A DNA stretch of 64,000 nt from NCBI GenBank assembly GCA_051252375.1, contig JBPOFY010000006.1, forward strand, positions 64,001-128,000, given 5' to 3'. The notes beneath the pieces are model-generated. The model ran no database searches. It saw nothing but the letters and a program-made list of their open reading frames with translations, and was not told the DNA's origin. This stretch comes from Opitutaceae bacterium. GTDB lineage: Bacteria > Verrucomicrobiota > Verrucomicrobiia > Opitutales > Coraliomargaritaceae. The position numbers and the translations under genes are program-made. Of the stretch, positions 28,198 through 39,487 are shown piece after piece (within the stretch, counting starts at the first letter, position 1; every line of letters begins with the position of its first letter).

Positions 28198-29691
28198 TTA
28201 CTCTACTGGCTGAATCATTGATTCAATGAACGAGATCTCCGACGAACTTAAGTCATACTTTTTGTGAAGTTTTCCATCATCCCACGGCTCTGAGAAATCC
28301 TGAAGAGGAACAAAAGTATAAACTCGGGAGGTAGCGTCTTGCGTGTTCTTCATTAGTAAAACAAGAAAGCGGAAAAACCTTGTAGAGATGTATTTTGCCA
28401 GATTCTCGGCTTCCTTTTTGGTTTTATACTGGCCGGCAACGATATAGGTCTCGGAGCAACCACTATTAGGTTCTGCCACGAAAGCCTTGCCGAGTATAGG
28501 ATGAGGGAAGGAGTCGCTACCGCTACCTGCTCTTGGTAGCATTACTTTATAGCCCTTTAATAAATCAACGTTATTTAAAATCTCTTCCTTTGCCGCATAA
28601 CCGATTCCCCCATTGCGGTATATTTTTATCGACCCATTGAAAGGTTTGGCTCTTCCCCTGTATGTTGTGGTCAGGCCAAATGGTTTTCTGGAACTAACTT
28701 GAGCGGAAATGGAAGGTTCTCCTTTTGATCTAACTTTTTCTAATATAGTTATTCCTTCGTTGTATCTTATGAATGTTTCTGCATTGTTTTCTAATAATGG
28801 TCTTTCTGATACACTAAGCTTTCCTTGGTTATTAGAAAAAACCTTACAAAGTCCTTTGTGGTCGCGGTTCCATAGGAAATAGCAAATTCCGCCTTTAATT
28901 TGAACACCTGGAAAAACGGAGCTAGCATCTGGGTAATCATGTATTTGGCGGATACGGTCATCATGCAGCATTTCTTCTCGGAATTCATCTAGTCCTTTTC
29001 CTCCTGAAAACCATCTTGCCGGAATAATCATTGATAGATATCTCGGATTCATCTTTTTTGCCTGAGCCACAAACTTATGATAAATGGGTGAAGCGCTTGT
29101 GCCGTATCCGCCATCGCTCAGTTGATATGGTGGATTTCCGATGATGACATCAAATTTCATGTTAAAAATCTCCTCTGGTGTTTCAGTGTGTATAAATTCA
29201 TAGGCATGGCTTTCCATTGCCTCTTCTCGCTCGTAGTTTTCTTGGCTGGCCCCACAAAAGCTGCACCGCCCATTCTCCCACGTGTGTGGAACGCGCTCGA
29301 AACGAATATTCCCGGCAGTATCCGTGAACTCCTCGCAAATGGAATACGGGCCGTTGGCAATCTTTGAGCAGTAGAGAGATCGACGGGCCAGTAGCGAAGT
29401 GAGCTCTGTGATCGCGATGCCGTAGAGCTGGTTTTTGAAGATATGATTCACCCGCTCGGTCTGATCGGGGATCTGTTCAGCCAAGCCGTCGATCAGGCGT
29501 TTTGCGATTTCGCGCAGGAAGACGCCCGACTTGCAAAATGGATCCAGGAATTTCGCATCCCGGTCACTCCATAGTTCATTAGGAAGTTGATCCAGTATTT
29601 CGTTTGCGAGCTTAGGTGGCGTAAACACTTCGTCACTGCTCAGGTTCGCCAAGCAAGTCAGCACATCTGGGTTATATGGATTAGTCAGCAT
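28198..29691 (-). CDS. Eco57I-like N6-adenine DNA methyltransferase
   Basis: [26 protein letters not shown]. Confidence 0.9.
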   Translation of the reverse strand: MLTNPYNPDVLTCLANLSSDEVFTPPKLANEILDQLPNELWSDRDAKFLDPFCKSGVFLREIAKRLIDGLAEQIPDQTERVNHIFKNQLYGIAITELTSLLARRSLYCSKIANGPYSICEEFTDTAGNIRFERVPHTWENGRCSFCGASQENYEREEAMESHAYEFIHTETPEEIFNMKFDVIIGNPPYQLSDGGYGTSASPIYHKFVAQAKKMNPRYLSMIIPARWFSGGKGLDEFREEMLHDDRIRQIHDYPDASSVFPGVQIKGGICYFLWNRDHKGLCKVFSNNQGKLSVSERPLLENNAETFIRYNEGITILEKVRSKGEPSISAQVSSRKPFGLTTTYRGRAKPFNGSIKIYRNGGIGYAAKEEILNNVDLLKGYKVMLPRAGSGSDSFPHPILGKAFVAEPNSGCSETYIVAGQYKTKKEAENLAKYISTRFFRFLVLLMKNTQDATSRVYTFVPLQDFSEPWDDGKLHKKYDLSSSEISFIESMIQPVE

Positions 29692-30358
29692 TACTTATTT
29701 TTAGAAAGTGAGTGAGCGGATATTCCTTGATTGGTTCGGGAATAAAGCCAGTGCCTCCTATGTCGTCGCTAAGTTCGGGTTCAGCGAAGAGGTCACCTTT
29801 CTGGATTTTTTCTTTGGGCGACAGCTCATGGAAGGCGAAGTCGCGGCGCTTCATCATGCTCCCTGTGACCAGTGACCAGTCCGAGAAGACGATGGGCTGT
29901 GGTGATGCGCCCTCGGTCTCAAGTGTCAGTGCATTGCCATGCACAATATTTTTCTCCAGTAAGAATTTTATCGTGCTCAAGCAGCTTTCTTTGATACGTG
30001 ATTTAAAGAGCTCGGAGTAGTGCGTATAGAAAAGCTCAAAGAGTCGTCCTCGGGCACCTTCCACGTTTCCCAAGATAATATCGATACCATAGATGCTCGA
30101 TACGGTCAGCACGCCATAGCGCTCAAAATCGATCTGTGATTTCTTGTAGCGCTTGATCACCACATGGAGCTTACGCTCAAGGATCTCGACGAGGAAATTC
30201 CCCGTGCCGCAGGCTGGCTCCAAGAATTTCGATTCAATCCGTTCCGTCTCCTGTTTGACTAAGTCCAGCATAGCGTTGACCTCACGCTTGGCGGTATAGA
30301 CCTCACCGCGGTCTGCGACGCGCTGTTTGGAGACAATGAGCTGTTCTGTCTCAGCCAT
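29681..30358 (-). CDS. short SAM-binding methyltransferase-like subunit
   Basis: [21 protein letters not shown], but no NPPY motif; start uncertain. Confidence 0.75.
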   Translation of the reverse strand: MAETEQLIVSKQRVADRGEVYTAKREVNAMLDLVKQETERIESKFLEPACGTGNFLVEILERKLHVVIKRYKKSQIDFERYGVLTVSSIYGIDIILGNVEGARGRLFELFYTHYSELFKSRIKESCLSTIKFLLEKNIVHGNALTLETEGASPQPIVFSDWSLVTGSMMKRRDFAFHELSPKEKIQKGDLFAEPELSDDIGGTGFIPEPIKEYPLTHFLKISNAD

Positions 30359-30656
30359 GGGCATCCTTTTCTGAGAGTTCAATGGCTTCGTTTGATCTCG
30401 CCGCCACCAAATAGCTGACTGCTCGCGAAGTTGCTGAAATATAAAGTGGACTCAGCCATATGGCTCGATTGCCGCCTATACCATCATGCAGTCGTAAGTA
30501 GTTTGAGGTTTCCGTAAGCATAGATCCCCTGAAATTGACCCTATTCCAAACGCCCTACAAGTGCAAAGCAGAGCAGGGGAGTGATATTCGGCATCTAGAG
30601 ATTATACCACGCCGGGTCGGACATTCGCGGGGCTAGGTCCCGCTATATGCCAGTGA

Positions 30657-31748
30657 CTATACGCCAAGTGAGACGACTGTGAGTTGACTCAGGGCTAGGA
30701 CCTTCACCCCGTTTTGCATCTCGATGCTTTGGGTGCCCCATTCATCGGGTATAACGATCACTACGCTTTCGCATTTCATTTTTTGCTGTATTTGTTCGGC
30801 GACAAAAATTTCAGCATCAATATCTAGCTGATCATTATCACTAGGAATGATAGCGATCAGTTTTTTGTCGTTTCGCACAGCGCAAAGATGGCCGTCTTTG
30901 GTAGCTGTTTTGACTTTCATCTTCTTCAGTTCAGTTTTGATGCCTCCTTTTAGGTGGTTGATGCGCGCGATATCCTCATGGCTAAAAGATCGTGGAGGAG
31001 GGCAGCTTAGGCGCTCGTAGTGCATCAGATCTAACCTGAGCTGCTCAAGCGACACTACCTTATGCCAAAGACGCTTTGGTTCTTTGGGTTTGGGACCTCT
31101 GCGCGTTTCTCTCTTTTTCGGGGCCAATATGAATATGACTTCGTCGAGCATGAGGTATTCACGTAGGCAGCACGCGATTGCTTCAAAAAGCTCGGGAGTG
31201 TCCTCACCTGCCAAAAAAATCCCCAACTGCCGCTCAACGGGGACATCAAAACCGAGTTCAGCGTCATTTTCTGGAAAATGAATCGTTACTAGGAAATCGA
31301 CGTGAATCGGCCCGATTGCATAGTCTTGTATGTATTCCATGTGAACAGCTTCTATGGCTTCACGCACGGCAATCCGTCGATGTATATCCACTGCTCTTTC
31401 ACTGAGGTGCGTTTCTGCTAGGAGACGCGTTTCTAAGTCTGTTTTTAATGGGGTCAGTCCGACGGTATCCGAAAGAAACAAGCCCTTGCCTTCGTATAAA
31501 TCCTGTAGTCTGGCTCTCTCATGCTCATTGCTGCAGAGTGCATCTTTGATGCGCTCTAAGTTTTTTCGAGTGGTGCGGTGGCTCCCTTTCCGGAGCCTAG
31601 TAATCGTTTGCTCACGCAGTCCTGTGTTTTCGGCAAGCGTTTTACCTAAAATCTTATGCTGATCCATCAACTGGCTGATGAAGACGCCCACCCGGATGTT
31701 AATTTCGGGTTCTTTGAGGGTATACTTACTAAGGTCAAATGTAGGCAT
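30657..31748 (-). CDS. XRE-family repressor with extended C-terminus
   Basis: HTH LAENTGLREQTITRLRKG; divergent from the replication operon. Confidence 0.7.
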   Translation of the reverse strand: MPTFDLSKYTLKEPEINIRVGVFISQLMDQHKILGKTLAENTGLREQTITRLRKGSHRTTRKNLERIKDALCSNEHERARLQDLYEGKGLFLSDTVGLTPLKTDLETRLLAETHLSERAVDIHRRIAVREAIEAVHMEYIQDYAIGPIHVDFLVTIHFPENDAELGFDVPVERQLGIFLAGEDTPELFEAIACCLREYLMLDEVIFILAPKKRETRRGPKPKEPKRLWHKVVSLEQLRLDLMHYERLSCPPPRSFSHEDIARINHLKGGIKTELKKMKVKTATKDGHLCAVRNDKKLIAIIPSDNDQLDIDAEIFVAEQIQQKMKCESVVIVIPDEWGTQSIEMQNGVKVLALSQLTVVSLGV

Positions 31749-31904
31749 TATGCGAAAGGATGTTAATTTCAAGCTCTATTTAAAGGTTATTATTTAACAT
31801 CGTGTTCTTTTTTATGCCTTTGTGGATGCTTGATCTCATCGCACGGCTCCTCGATCGGCACATCTGCATGAGAGACATACGGCCTGCATGAACCTACCAG
31901 AACC

Positions 31905-32369
31905 ATGGCAATCATCACCAAAATCACCGACACCCGATTCGAAATCGAAGCGCTCCCACCGACAGGAAGCTACATTGCAACCTGCCTCGACATTAACGAC
32001 CAGTTCGGCGTCCAGCGCCCGAACTTCGATAATCCGCAACTGATGGAGCCGCGCGATGTGACGCGCTTCCTCTTCGGCTTCAAAGGAGTCGATGGTCAGC
32101 TCTACAAGGTCGAATCCTTTGAGTTTCGGATCTCAGGCAGCCCGAAGGCTAATCTCATGAAGTTCCTCAACGCTTGGCTGGGTAAACCCGCCGAGTATGG
32201 TTGGGACTACTGCGAGCTGAAGGGGCAGGGGGCTTTGATCACCGTCGCCCATAAACCGAGTGCTGATGGCACCAAGATCTTCGCGAACATCACAGGTATC
32301 ACACCAGTTCCAGAAGAGCGCCGCGCCGAGATCGTCCCACTGGCTTCTTTCACCACCACACAAGCATAA
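31905..32369 (+). CDS. phage-type OB-fold ssDNA-binding/replication protein
   Basis: PPTGSYIATC, KANLMKFLNAWLG, ELKGQ..ITV..ANI pattern. Confidence 0.6.
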   Translation: MAIITKITDTRFEIEALPPTGSYIATCLDINDQFGVQRPNFDNPQLMEPRDVTRFLFGFKGVDGQLYKVESFEFRISGSPKANLMKFLNAWLGKPAEYGWDYCELKGQGALITVAHKPSADGTKIFANITGITPVPEERRAEIVPLASFTTTQA

Positions 32370-32386
32370 CCCGCTACTGAATAACT

Positions 32387-32620
32387 ATGACCACTGAAAC
32401 AACTATACCCACGAAGCTTCTTGACGCCAATGGTCTGCTGGAGGCGCTTTTCGATAAACAATCACGCCCGTCACTGCGATGGCTACGCCAGATGCAGGCA
32501 CAGCGAAAGATTCCATATATCAAGCTCGGCCATCTCGTCCGATTTGATGTCGAGAAAGTCCGCGCCGCACTTGAAGCGGATTGCACGATTCACAGCCGGG
32601 CTCACCTCCGCCGCCGATAA
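32387..32620 (+). CDS. excisionase/MerR-like HTH protein
   Basis: RKIPYIKLGHLVRFD. Confidence 0.8.
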   Translation: MTTETTIPTKLLDANGLLEALFDKQSRPSLRWLRQMQAQRKIPYIKLGHLVRFDVEKVRAALEADCTIHSRAHLRRR

Positions 32621-32643
32621 TCCATTAATTTGCTATTCAATTT

Positions 32644-33270
32644 ATGACATCAACATACCAAAAACCAACTCCTCTTTTTGCTCAGCATAAAGAGGCCATT
32701 AACCAACCGGAAATCAGCACTCGCGAGACTCCACTTACTCGCTGCAGTCTGGAGCCTCGAAGCTTCTATATTAAGACGCCCGGGCACACACGAGTAGTCG
32801 AAATTTGCGAAATCATCGCGACGACTTCTAAATACCAGTTGTCGATCAACGGCCGCAAGTTCGAGCCCTTCGAGCGAACAGAGTTCCTACTCTATTCGGA
32901 AGAAGGGATAGTCATCATCACGCTCGACCACGAACTCCTACTTCCCATTGCCAACTGGAAAATGTCGGTCGATCCCTGGTTGTTCACTGTTCGAGCCCAG
33001 TGCCGCGACGGTCCGATGTTCATGGATGACAAGTATTTGTTCTCCTTGCCGAGCTTCACTTCCCGCAAACCGTCCGCCGAGCACTTTCAACGACTCCTCG
33101 ATCCATCGATTGAGAGCCAGCTAAACGTCATTCAAATATTCACGAACGTTCTGCTTTCGCACTTCTGGAACGAGCCAGCCGATCCCGAATTCGAAGTCAC
33201 CTACGGCCACGACGGCCAGCCCTTCACCGCCAGTGGTGGCTCCAATTATCTCTGCGAGATCACTAGATAG
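32644..33270 (+). CDS. hypothetical protein
   Basis: 208-aa ORF within the operon. Confidence 0.65.
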   Translation: MTSTYQKPTPLFAQHKEAINQPEISTRETPLTRCSLEPRSFYIKTPGHTRVVEICEIIATTSKYQLSINGRKFEPFERTEFLLYSEEGIVIITLDHELLLPIANWKMSVDPWLFTVRAQCRDGPMFMDDKYLFSLPSFTSRKPSAEHFQRLLDPSIESQLNVIQIFTNVLLSHFWNEPADPEFEVTYGHDGQPFTASGGSNYLCEITR

Positions 33271-33320
33271 CCGATAGCCCGTTTCAGCTCTCAGCTTTTC
33301 CGATTTCAGCTTTTCAAACT

Positions 33321-34547
33321 ATGGCCCAACTCGACCCATTGCCTCCTGCGCTATCGGAAACGCTTAGTCGTTTCCCAGCCCAAGGGGAGCGCAACATCTG
33401 GCTTTTCGAAGTCGCAGCTCGCGCTAGACATATCGCGTCTCCCGAACGCGTGCAGAATGTCCTTGAGAATGTCGTCGCACATCAAGGCTGGACGGATCGA
33501 GACTTCGGCCCGGAGATTCGGCGCGCCGTCAGACGAGCTTACGCAGATCAGCAGGATGTGTCACACGAACCTCTTAGCCGAGCTGCTCCATGGCCAGTGC
33601 TCGACGAAGACTATCGGGCTTCTCTTTTAGGTAAGACCCTACGTTTCGACCCGAGGTTTGCGATCGATCTCCCGACCGAAACGGTTATCGATTCTCTGTA
33701 TGCAAGCGACGATTTGCTTTGTTTTGCTGAGCTGAATTGTAATGCCCGCACTGAGCCACGCGAGAAGTGGCGGGGGCGTGAGCAAAAGTATCAGTTCATC
33801 GTGGCGAATCCGATGACGGCTCTCAATGGTCTGACTCAAGAGGGGAAGCGGTCTTATCGCTGTCATGGCAATGCAACACAGTCCCGTATCTATCAGGTGG
33901 TTGAATTCGACCAAGGTCCTCTCGAAGAACAGGCAGCTATTCTCTCGTCTCTGGATTCGGTTTGGGCACCGCTGATTCTAGTTGTTTGGTCCGGCTCTAA
34001 ATCGCTTCACGGTTGGTTTGATGTCCGCTTACTGGACGAAGCACAGAAACGTGAATTCTTCGCCCAAGCCTGCCGCGGCGGAGCAGATCGCACGCTTTGG
34101 GACCAATCCAAGCTCGTCCGTATGCCTGGAGGCACTCGCACCAATAACAGGCAACGCCAATCGATCCTCTTCTTTGATCCAAGGCACATTATTCACATTC
34201 CTTCACTGCCTACGCAGGAAGTAACCTTACTAGTTTCTAATGATTTTAACACCTACTATGGCCAGCGATTCGCCGCCGATTCATTCCCCCCGCGACCTTT
34301 GGGAGCAGACTCCAGAACCCGATCCAAAATACATACCCAAGATCGAACCTTACGCCGCATTCAGGTCCGACTTACCGGAAGATTCGGGTGCGCCGCTGAC
34401 AGTCAGCTCGGCTCCAACCCCCTTTACCGTGCTCAGCTGCGCCGAGCTTCTCGGAAGGCAGTTACCCGCGAAGGTCAGCATCCTCGGGGATGGCGTCATT
34501 GTCCTCGGACAACTCACCAGTATCTTAGGGCAGGGGGGCACCGGTAA
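33321..34547 (+). CDS. primase/prim-pol-like protein
   Basis: GERNIWLF (PriCT-like), VVEFD, WSGSKSLHGW, VRMPGG; 3' end overlaps the helicase gene. Confidence 0.7.
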   Translation: MAQLDPLPPALSETLSRFPAQGERNIWLFEVAARARHIASPERVQNVLENVVAHQGWTDRDFGPEIRRAVRRAYADQQDVSHEPLSRAAPWPVLDEDYRASLLGKTLRFDPRFAIDLPTETVIDSLYASDDLLCFAELNCNARTEPREKWRGREQKYQFIVANPMTALNGLTQEGKRSYRCHGNATQSRIYQVVEFDQGPLEEQAAILSSLDSVWAPLILVVWSGSKSLHGWFDVRLLDEAQKREFFAQACRGGADRTLWDQSKLVRMPGGTRTNNRQRQSILFFDPRHIIHIPSLPTQEVTLLVSNDFNTYYGQRFAADSFPPRPLGADSRTRSKIHTQDRTLRRIQVRLTGRFGCAADSQLGSNPLYRAQLRRASRKAVTREGQHPRGWRHCPRTTHQYLRAGGHR

Positions 34548-35511
34548 ATCTAGATTCACCATGCAACTCGCCATTTCCCAGATCCTCGGCCAGCCCTTCG
34601 CGGGCATTCGCACACACCCGAAACCGCTCAAGCATTTGCTTATCGGCACGGAAAATAGCATCCACCGGCAGCAAGCGGAGCTTAGTAAGATGACAGCTGG
34701 GTTTGATGATGTTCAGCGCGAGCTTCTTGGTCACTGCCTGTTCTTTCATGTTGTCGAAAGTATCGACGACGCCTTCATCAATATTGGCTCACCCGAGATC
34801 GCAGAGAAGTGGAAGCGCACTCTAGAAGTTGTCCTGCCCGACGTCATCTACGTCGACCCCTTTGGCGAGGTTGTCGTCGGCGATGTCAACAAAGACGCTG
34901 ATGTCCGCCATACTCTTCGCGAGCTCACTCGGATCTGTCGCCGCCACAATCACGACACGGCGATCGTCGTAGTCCATCACGCACGGACAGGGAGGGGGAA
35001 CATCGCTCAAGCGGTCGGTTACGATAAGGGCAACTATGGTATCGGTTCCAAGGCGCTCTATTCGGGCGTGCGCTCCCAGATCAATCTCGCCCCCGCCGAT
35101 GCTGAAGACACCAGTCGAATCGTGATGTCATGTGGTAAATCTAACGACACCAAACCCTTCAAGCCTCGTGGGCTCCAATTGGACGAGACTACCATGACCT
35201 ACGAAGTCGACCCCACGTTCGATCTCGACTCGTGGCTCAAAGACGTCGAGGGCAAGCAACGTGGTCAGGCGGCGAGCGTAGGCGATGTGGTTCGTGTCGT
35301 TAACTCCGGCAAAACCCGCTATATCGACATTACTAAAGCCGTTGTCGAGGAGACGGCCTGTTCGCCAGTTACCGCCAAGCGTCGGATTAAAGAGGCTGTT
35401 GATGGGGGCTATCTTCGAAAGCGCACCAACGGCGACTATGTGCCAGCCAAGCCTATTCCTGCCACCACGGCAACACAACCAGACCTCAATTTGGATAACT
35501 CTCCATTTTAG
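34258..35511 (+). CDS. RepA/AAA_25-type replicative helicase
   Basis: Walker A GQGGTGKS, IYVDP, VVVHH, KSN. Confidence 0.85.
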   Translation: MASDSPPIHSPRDLWEQTPEPDPKYIPKIEPYAAFRSDLPEDSGAPLTVSSAPTPFTVLSCAELLGRQLPAKVSILGDGVIVLGQLTSILGQGGTGKSRFTMQLAISQILGQPFAGIRTHPKPLKHLLIGTENSIHRQQAELSKMTAGFDDVQRELLGHCLFFHVVESIDDAFINIGSPEIAEKWKRTLEVVLPDVIYVDPFGEVVVGDVNKDADVRHTLRELTRICRRHNHDTAIVVVHHARTGRGNIAQAVGYDKGNYGIGSKALYSGVRSQINLAPADAEDTSRIVMSCGKSNDTKPFKPRGLQLDETTMTYEVDPTFDLDSWLKDVEGKQRGQAASVGDVVRVVNSGKTRYIDITKAVVEETACSPVTAKRRIKEAVDGGYLRKRTNGDYVPAKPIPATTATQPDLNLDNSPF

Positions 35512-35529
35512 TCTCACCCTGATACCACT

Positions 35530-36057
35530 ATGATACCACCTGATACCAGTCTCAAGTCTCAACCCCCTTTAGGGGGTGAGACTGAGACCTATGAAAAGAT
35601 TCCGCTTACTCCAGACGCCGAGACTGTATTGCTGGATGAATTGGCTGAGAGATGGGAGATCCTGGGTGTTGAAGATTTGGGCCATCCTGCGATGATCTGC
35701 GAGCTCTGTAGGCGGCGGAAAATTCGCTACGTCTATCATGTAAAGGACTACTCAACGGGCGAACTAAAGCAAGTGGGTCGAGTATGTGCAGGCCATCTGA
35801 CTGATACAAATCATCTGGCTGAGTTTAAGGCTAAAAGGGAGGTCTGGCGTAAAGAGAAGTCCGCGTTTATTAATAAGGGTTGGAAAAAGACGAAGGCAGG
35901 TAATGACTGGAAGCCTTGGGCCTCCTGCCGGATAGCAGTAAGCACAAATGGTCATGGCAGCATTGTGTGGTTAGATGGTAAACGCTGGGGTGAGCGGTTC
36001 CAAAATTGCCATCTGGCCAAAGAAGCTGTCTTCAATTTCTTGCACAGAGCAAAATGA
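35530..36057 (+). CDS. hypothetical Zn-finger-like protein
   Basis: CELC..IRYVY..VGRVCAGH. Confidence 0.7.
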   Translation: MIPPDTSLKSQPPLGGETETYEKIPLTPDAETVLLDELAERWEILGVEDLGHPAMICELCRRRKIRYVYHVKDYSTGELKQVGRVCAGHLTDTNHLAEFKAKREVWRKEKSAFINKGWKKTKAGNDWKPWASCRIAVSTNGHGSIVWLDGKRWGERFQNCHLAKEAVFNFLHRAK

Positions 36058-37242
36058 TGCACCCTAAATCCGGTTTACCCCGCTTCTGTAGTCGGATTCA
36101 TCAGCGTTTAACACCAAACTATAATTTTTCCGGCGCGACCGTAAGATCGGTCGGAGTGTGAGCACTTTTTTACTACCTGTGGCATATTCGCAGACCCGAT
36201 TGCTTTTCACGGCACTTCAGGGAACGCATGATTGTGAAGTCTGTTTTTTTGAACATTTTGCGTGTGCGCCTAGGGTCCAGCGCTACTTTTTCACCATGCG
36301 AACTCGGAAGAACTTAGCGCCGCCACTTGCATCGTAGTCCCTCAGGATTACGCGGTCCAAAGTGTATTATACAAGTTCTCTTTGCCGTTCCTTGCCACTA
36401 GGTTTCAAAAAGTAAAATAGTGTGTGGCTGATGGGTCCCTCTACTGTGTTTTGCCTTCAAAGTTCCCCATGCCCCCCCCCCAGTCGCTCATTCTTCGCAT
36501 AGGTTGCGACTTGTTTCCGATCCGTTTGAACAGCTTCGCCTGCGGCTCACCTGCTCACAATATCTACGAGCTAAAGAAGGGCTCTACGCTATTGCCACAG
36601 AGCAGAACAACTCGGCGTGTTTAGAGTCGGACTGGGACTCTCTACGCCGTGCACGCTTGCGGTCTCCTTCGTCGATCCTCACCGAGCACTCAGGGCTCGC
36701 ATAGTTCGAACTGATCCATCCCGCCGCTCCTTCCGCGGATCTGCTTCTAGTCGCCTAGGCTCCCGTCAGCAGCACCGCTCCAGTCACTCCCGTCTCGCGG
36801 GCCATCCGCAGACACTGTCGTCTCCGGTTCCCCCTTAGTCGCCATTCCGCTCCCGTCCTCCACGGTCTCGTCCACTACGGCGCACCGCCTCGGGCTCCGC
36901 TCGCTCCGCGCGGCTCCTGCGCCCATTCGTGTGTCACGAGATCTGCTAGGGCACATCCCGAGCCACCCGAATCAACGCCTCTGCATTCCGCGCTACGCTC
37001 GCTTCGCTGATCCGAGCCAGAGCGCCTCCGTTCCCGTGCCCGCTACGGACGTCCGCTCCATCGCGCCACGGGCTCACCTCCGCGCCAGCGACTGCTCATC
37101 CAGGTTCCAATCGGTGCCGTCCACAGCCGCCGAGTCGCCCCAAAAGCCCTCCAGTCGTGCCTCCTTGCGTGCTTCCCGGGCTCCTTCGGCTCAAAGCTAC
37201 CTCGCTACGCTCGCAATAGTCCCAAGCCTAGCGCTCCGCAGC

Positions 37243-37401
37243 GACAGGGCAGGGGACATCGACTCGGGTCCCGAAACTCTGCGCACAAAATCGCATTATG
37301 CCGAATTGAGCTGCGAGCACTCGCTCACCGGCTTCGCCTAATGTCGACATAACGGATTTTGTGTCGCTCCGTTTCCCCGAGTCTCTGTCCCGCGCCCTGT
37401 C
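37243..37401. other. long imperfect hairpin of about 160 nt
   Basis: Nested arms gacagggc/gccctgtc, gggaca/tgtccc, gactcggg/cccgagtc, gaaac/gtttc, cacaaaatc/gattttgtg, ttatg/cataa. Confidence 0.85.
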
Positions 37402-37445
37402 ACAGCTCCGCGCCCCGTTGCGGCGGCCTAACCCCGCCGCTTCGC

Positions 37446-37979
37446 TTACTCAGGTGCCTGAACTATCCTTGCGCGAAAGAAAGTCGGCGATGTAGATCCG
37501 CTCACTGTTTGTGAGGTGAAAGGATTCCAATTCGTGAGGTCATTACTGCTTTCAAGTATGACATCAAAGTTTCCAGTCGAGCCCTCTGGCATCACCAAAA
37601 ATGTATTTGGACTAACAGGGTTTATCTCAGCAGCTGGTGTTACTTTCAATGTAACTGCCACGTTTTGCGTGGTTGTGAGTTCTATGCCAGTCACTTCTGT
37701 AAATTTACTACCAAGGATACTGTTAAAGGGGGCTGCAAATCGATTTGTGCCAGGATCCAGTGCGCCCAGTAAAGGCATAGTGAAGGTGTCCCCATTTGCT
37801 AACGTGAACTCAAGTGAACCAAGAGAATTTGTGCTTGTGCCACTGTATCCGACAATCTCCACAATCGAGTTGGAAGCAAGGTTCCTAGTCTTATCATTCT
37901 TACTGAGGGTAAAATACTCCACAGCTTGGGCATGGTTGATTGCGAAAAGTGACAGGATGACAATTATCAGATGTTTCAT
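37446..37979 (-). CDS. secreted hypothetical protein
   Basis: Signal peptide; C-terminal ILESSNDLTNW...FFRAR tail. Confidence 0.8.
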   Translation of the reverse strand: MKHLIIVILSLFAINHAQAVEYFTLSKNDKTRNLASNSIVEIVGYSGTSTNSLGSLEFTLANGDTFTMPLLGALDPGTNRFAAPFNSILGSKFTEVTGIELTTTQNVAVTLKVTPAAEINPVSPNTFLVMPEGSTGNFDVILESSNDLTNWNPFTSQTVSGSTSPTFFRARIVQAPE

Positions 37980-38381
37980 GGGTGCTATTTATATGAATTA
38001 TGCCTAACGGGCGATAAAAAAAAAGGAATGCGGTGCTCGTTGTTGCCTTACTTTGCCAGTTTATTTTGCGGCAGACTAGTCACTCATGTGTAGTCTCCCT
38101 ATTAGCCCGCCTACCTCACTAATGAATAGACGTGATTTTTGGAAAAAGTGCCTTCGACATCACAACCTCGCCGCGTTGATTCGACCCCATTGCACCCCCG
38201 CCGCGCCTCGCGGCATCTATTCTTTCATCGCCCCTTTTTTCGGTCTTGCGGTTTTCGCCATTCGCGCGAGTCGCTTACTGTATAACCGACGCATAAGCAC
38301 CACATTCTTGCTTTCCTACATTTCTATGCGTCAGCCATTAAGACTCTCTCTGGTATAGATACATTATAACATTCAGAGTAT

Positions 38382-38579
38382 TTGTCCCTCAGCGACGGCG
38401 ACACGCCTACACTGTATGATTCCTGCTTCATGTCGACCTTCCGCACGCGTCGCGGAGGCGTGGACGTCGTCCGCACCTACCGCGAAGAATCCAGCCGCTC
38501 CGACGTCCTCGCCGTCGACTGGACCGAAGACATCAAGCTCACCAGCGCCATCAGCACCAAAAGGATCTCCGTCACCTAA
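38382..38579 (+). pseudogene. possible 3' remnant of a phage major capsid gene
   Basis: PTLYDSCFMSTFRTRRGGVDVVRTYREESSRSDVLAVDWTEDIKLTS; C-rich coding-like bias; no intact 5' part. Confidence 0.4.
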
Positions 38580-38811
38580 CCCCCGGGATCGCAACTCTCC
38601 TGGGTTGCCCCATCTGGAGGGACGACCTTCGTGTTGTCCGCTGATATCAACCGCTCAACAAATCCCTGAAGTCCACAATTCATGTTGTGGGCTTCTTTTA
38701 TTGGCTCTCATGAACCCGATAACGATAGTGAACGATGTGTCGAGTGGGTCATAATAAAGTTGATACTCTCTTTGTTGGTGGTCATAAAATTCTTTTCAAA
38801 ACTTTAATTAT

Positions 38812-39360
38812 ATGGGTTCACAAGATGAGTTTTTAGCAGTGGTTGATTTTAAGCGCGACCTCGGGATCTATGCGAAGGATTGGCCAGAAATTGCAGCTGA
38901 CTTAAATGAAACATGTGATATCAAACCGCCACTCTCTGCCGATGGCTTTGCCTCGTTTGAATTTTTCTTAGCGATTCTTTTCGTTCAATCAAGGGCTCCA
39001 TACAATATATATGGCGATGAAGTTGGAGAAAGAATTTGGACTTATTTGAAAAATACATTCTCCGTTGAGCCTGATTACGGTAGTTATGCAAATGAGGCTT
39101 TAGATCATTATACTAAGGTATGGGGAGAATATCTAGGCAGGAAATGCAATCCGTTTGGCGGTGTAGCGTCGGTCTTGCTTCATAGATTAGGAAGAAGTGA
39201 AGAAGAAATTGAAAGTATTGTTTTAGGAACAGTCGTTATGGACGTGCTGGCACTGTCGCCTCAGTGGTGGAAGGACTTTTCAGGGGAAAATGAACTTACA
39301 AAATCTGATATGCCGTTAAATTCAGAAGAGTTTAAGCGTTTTGTTGATGAAAACATTTAA
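38812..39360 (+). CDS. hypothetical protein
   Basis: 182-aa AT-rich ORF. Confidence 0.75.
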   Translation: MGSQDEFLAVVDFKRDLGIYAKDWPEIAADLNETCDIKPPLSADGFASFEFFLAILFVQSRAPYNIYGDEVGERIWTYLKNTFSVEPDYGSYANEALDHYTKVWGEYLGRKCNPFGGVASVLLHRLGRSEEEIESIVLGTVVMDVLALSPQWWKDFSGENELTKSDMPLNSEEFKRFVDENI

Positions 39361-39487
39361 TAGCGGAAAGCAGATTCTAAGTCTTCTGACACCGAGCATC
39401 AGCTACTAGCCATCTTTAGTCAAAATCAGTGACTCCCCGTTAAGCTCCCTGCGTGTCAGGGGCTTTTTCATGCTCTGTAGTTGAGGC

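Noticed and set aside
30356..30522. Small upstream ORF with a faint Fic-like look
   Set aside because: The motif is too degenerate to support
36284..36366. Minus-strand peptide ending DYDASGGAKFFRVRMVKK
   Set aside because: Resembles a secreted-protein tail remnant but is too short, with no start, to call
36617..37341. Arg/Ser/Pro-rich ORFs in the structured region
   Set aside because: Composition reflects GC-rich palindromic DNA; no protein motifs
37426..38008. Integron cassette (GTTAGGC at both ends of the secreted-protein gene)
   Set aside because: No complete attC with inverse core is visible, one copy falls mostly in a hairpin loop, and there is no IntI; a 7-bp match may be chance
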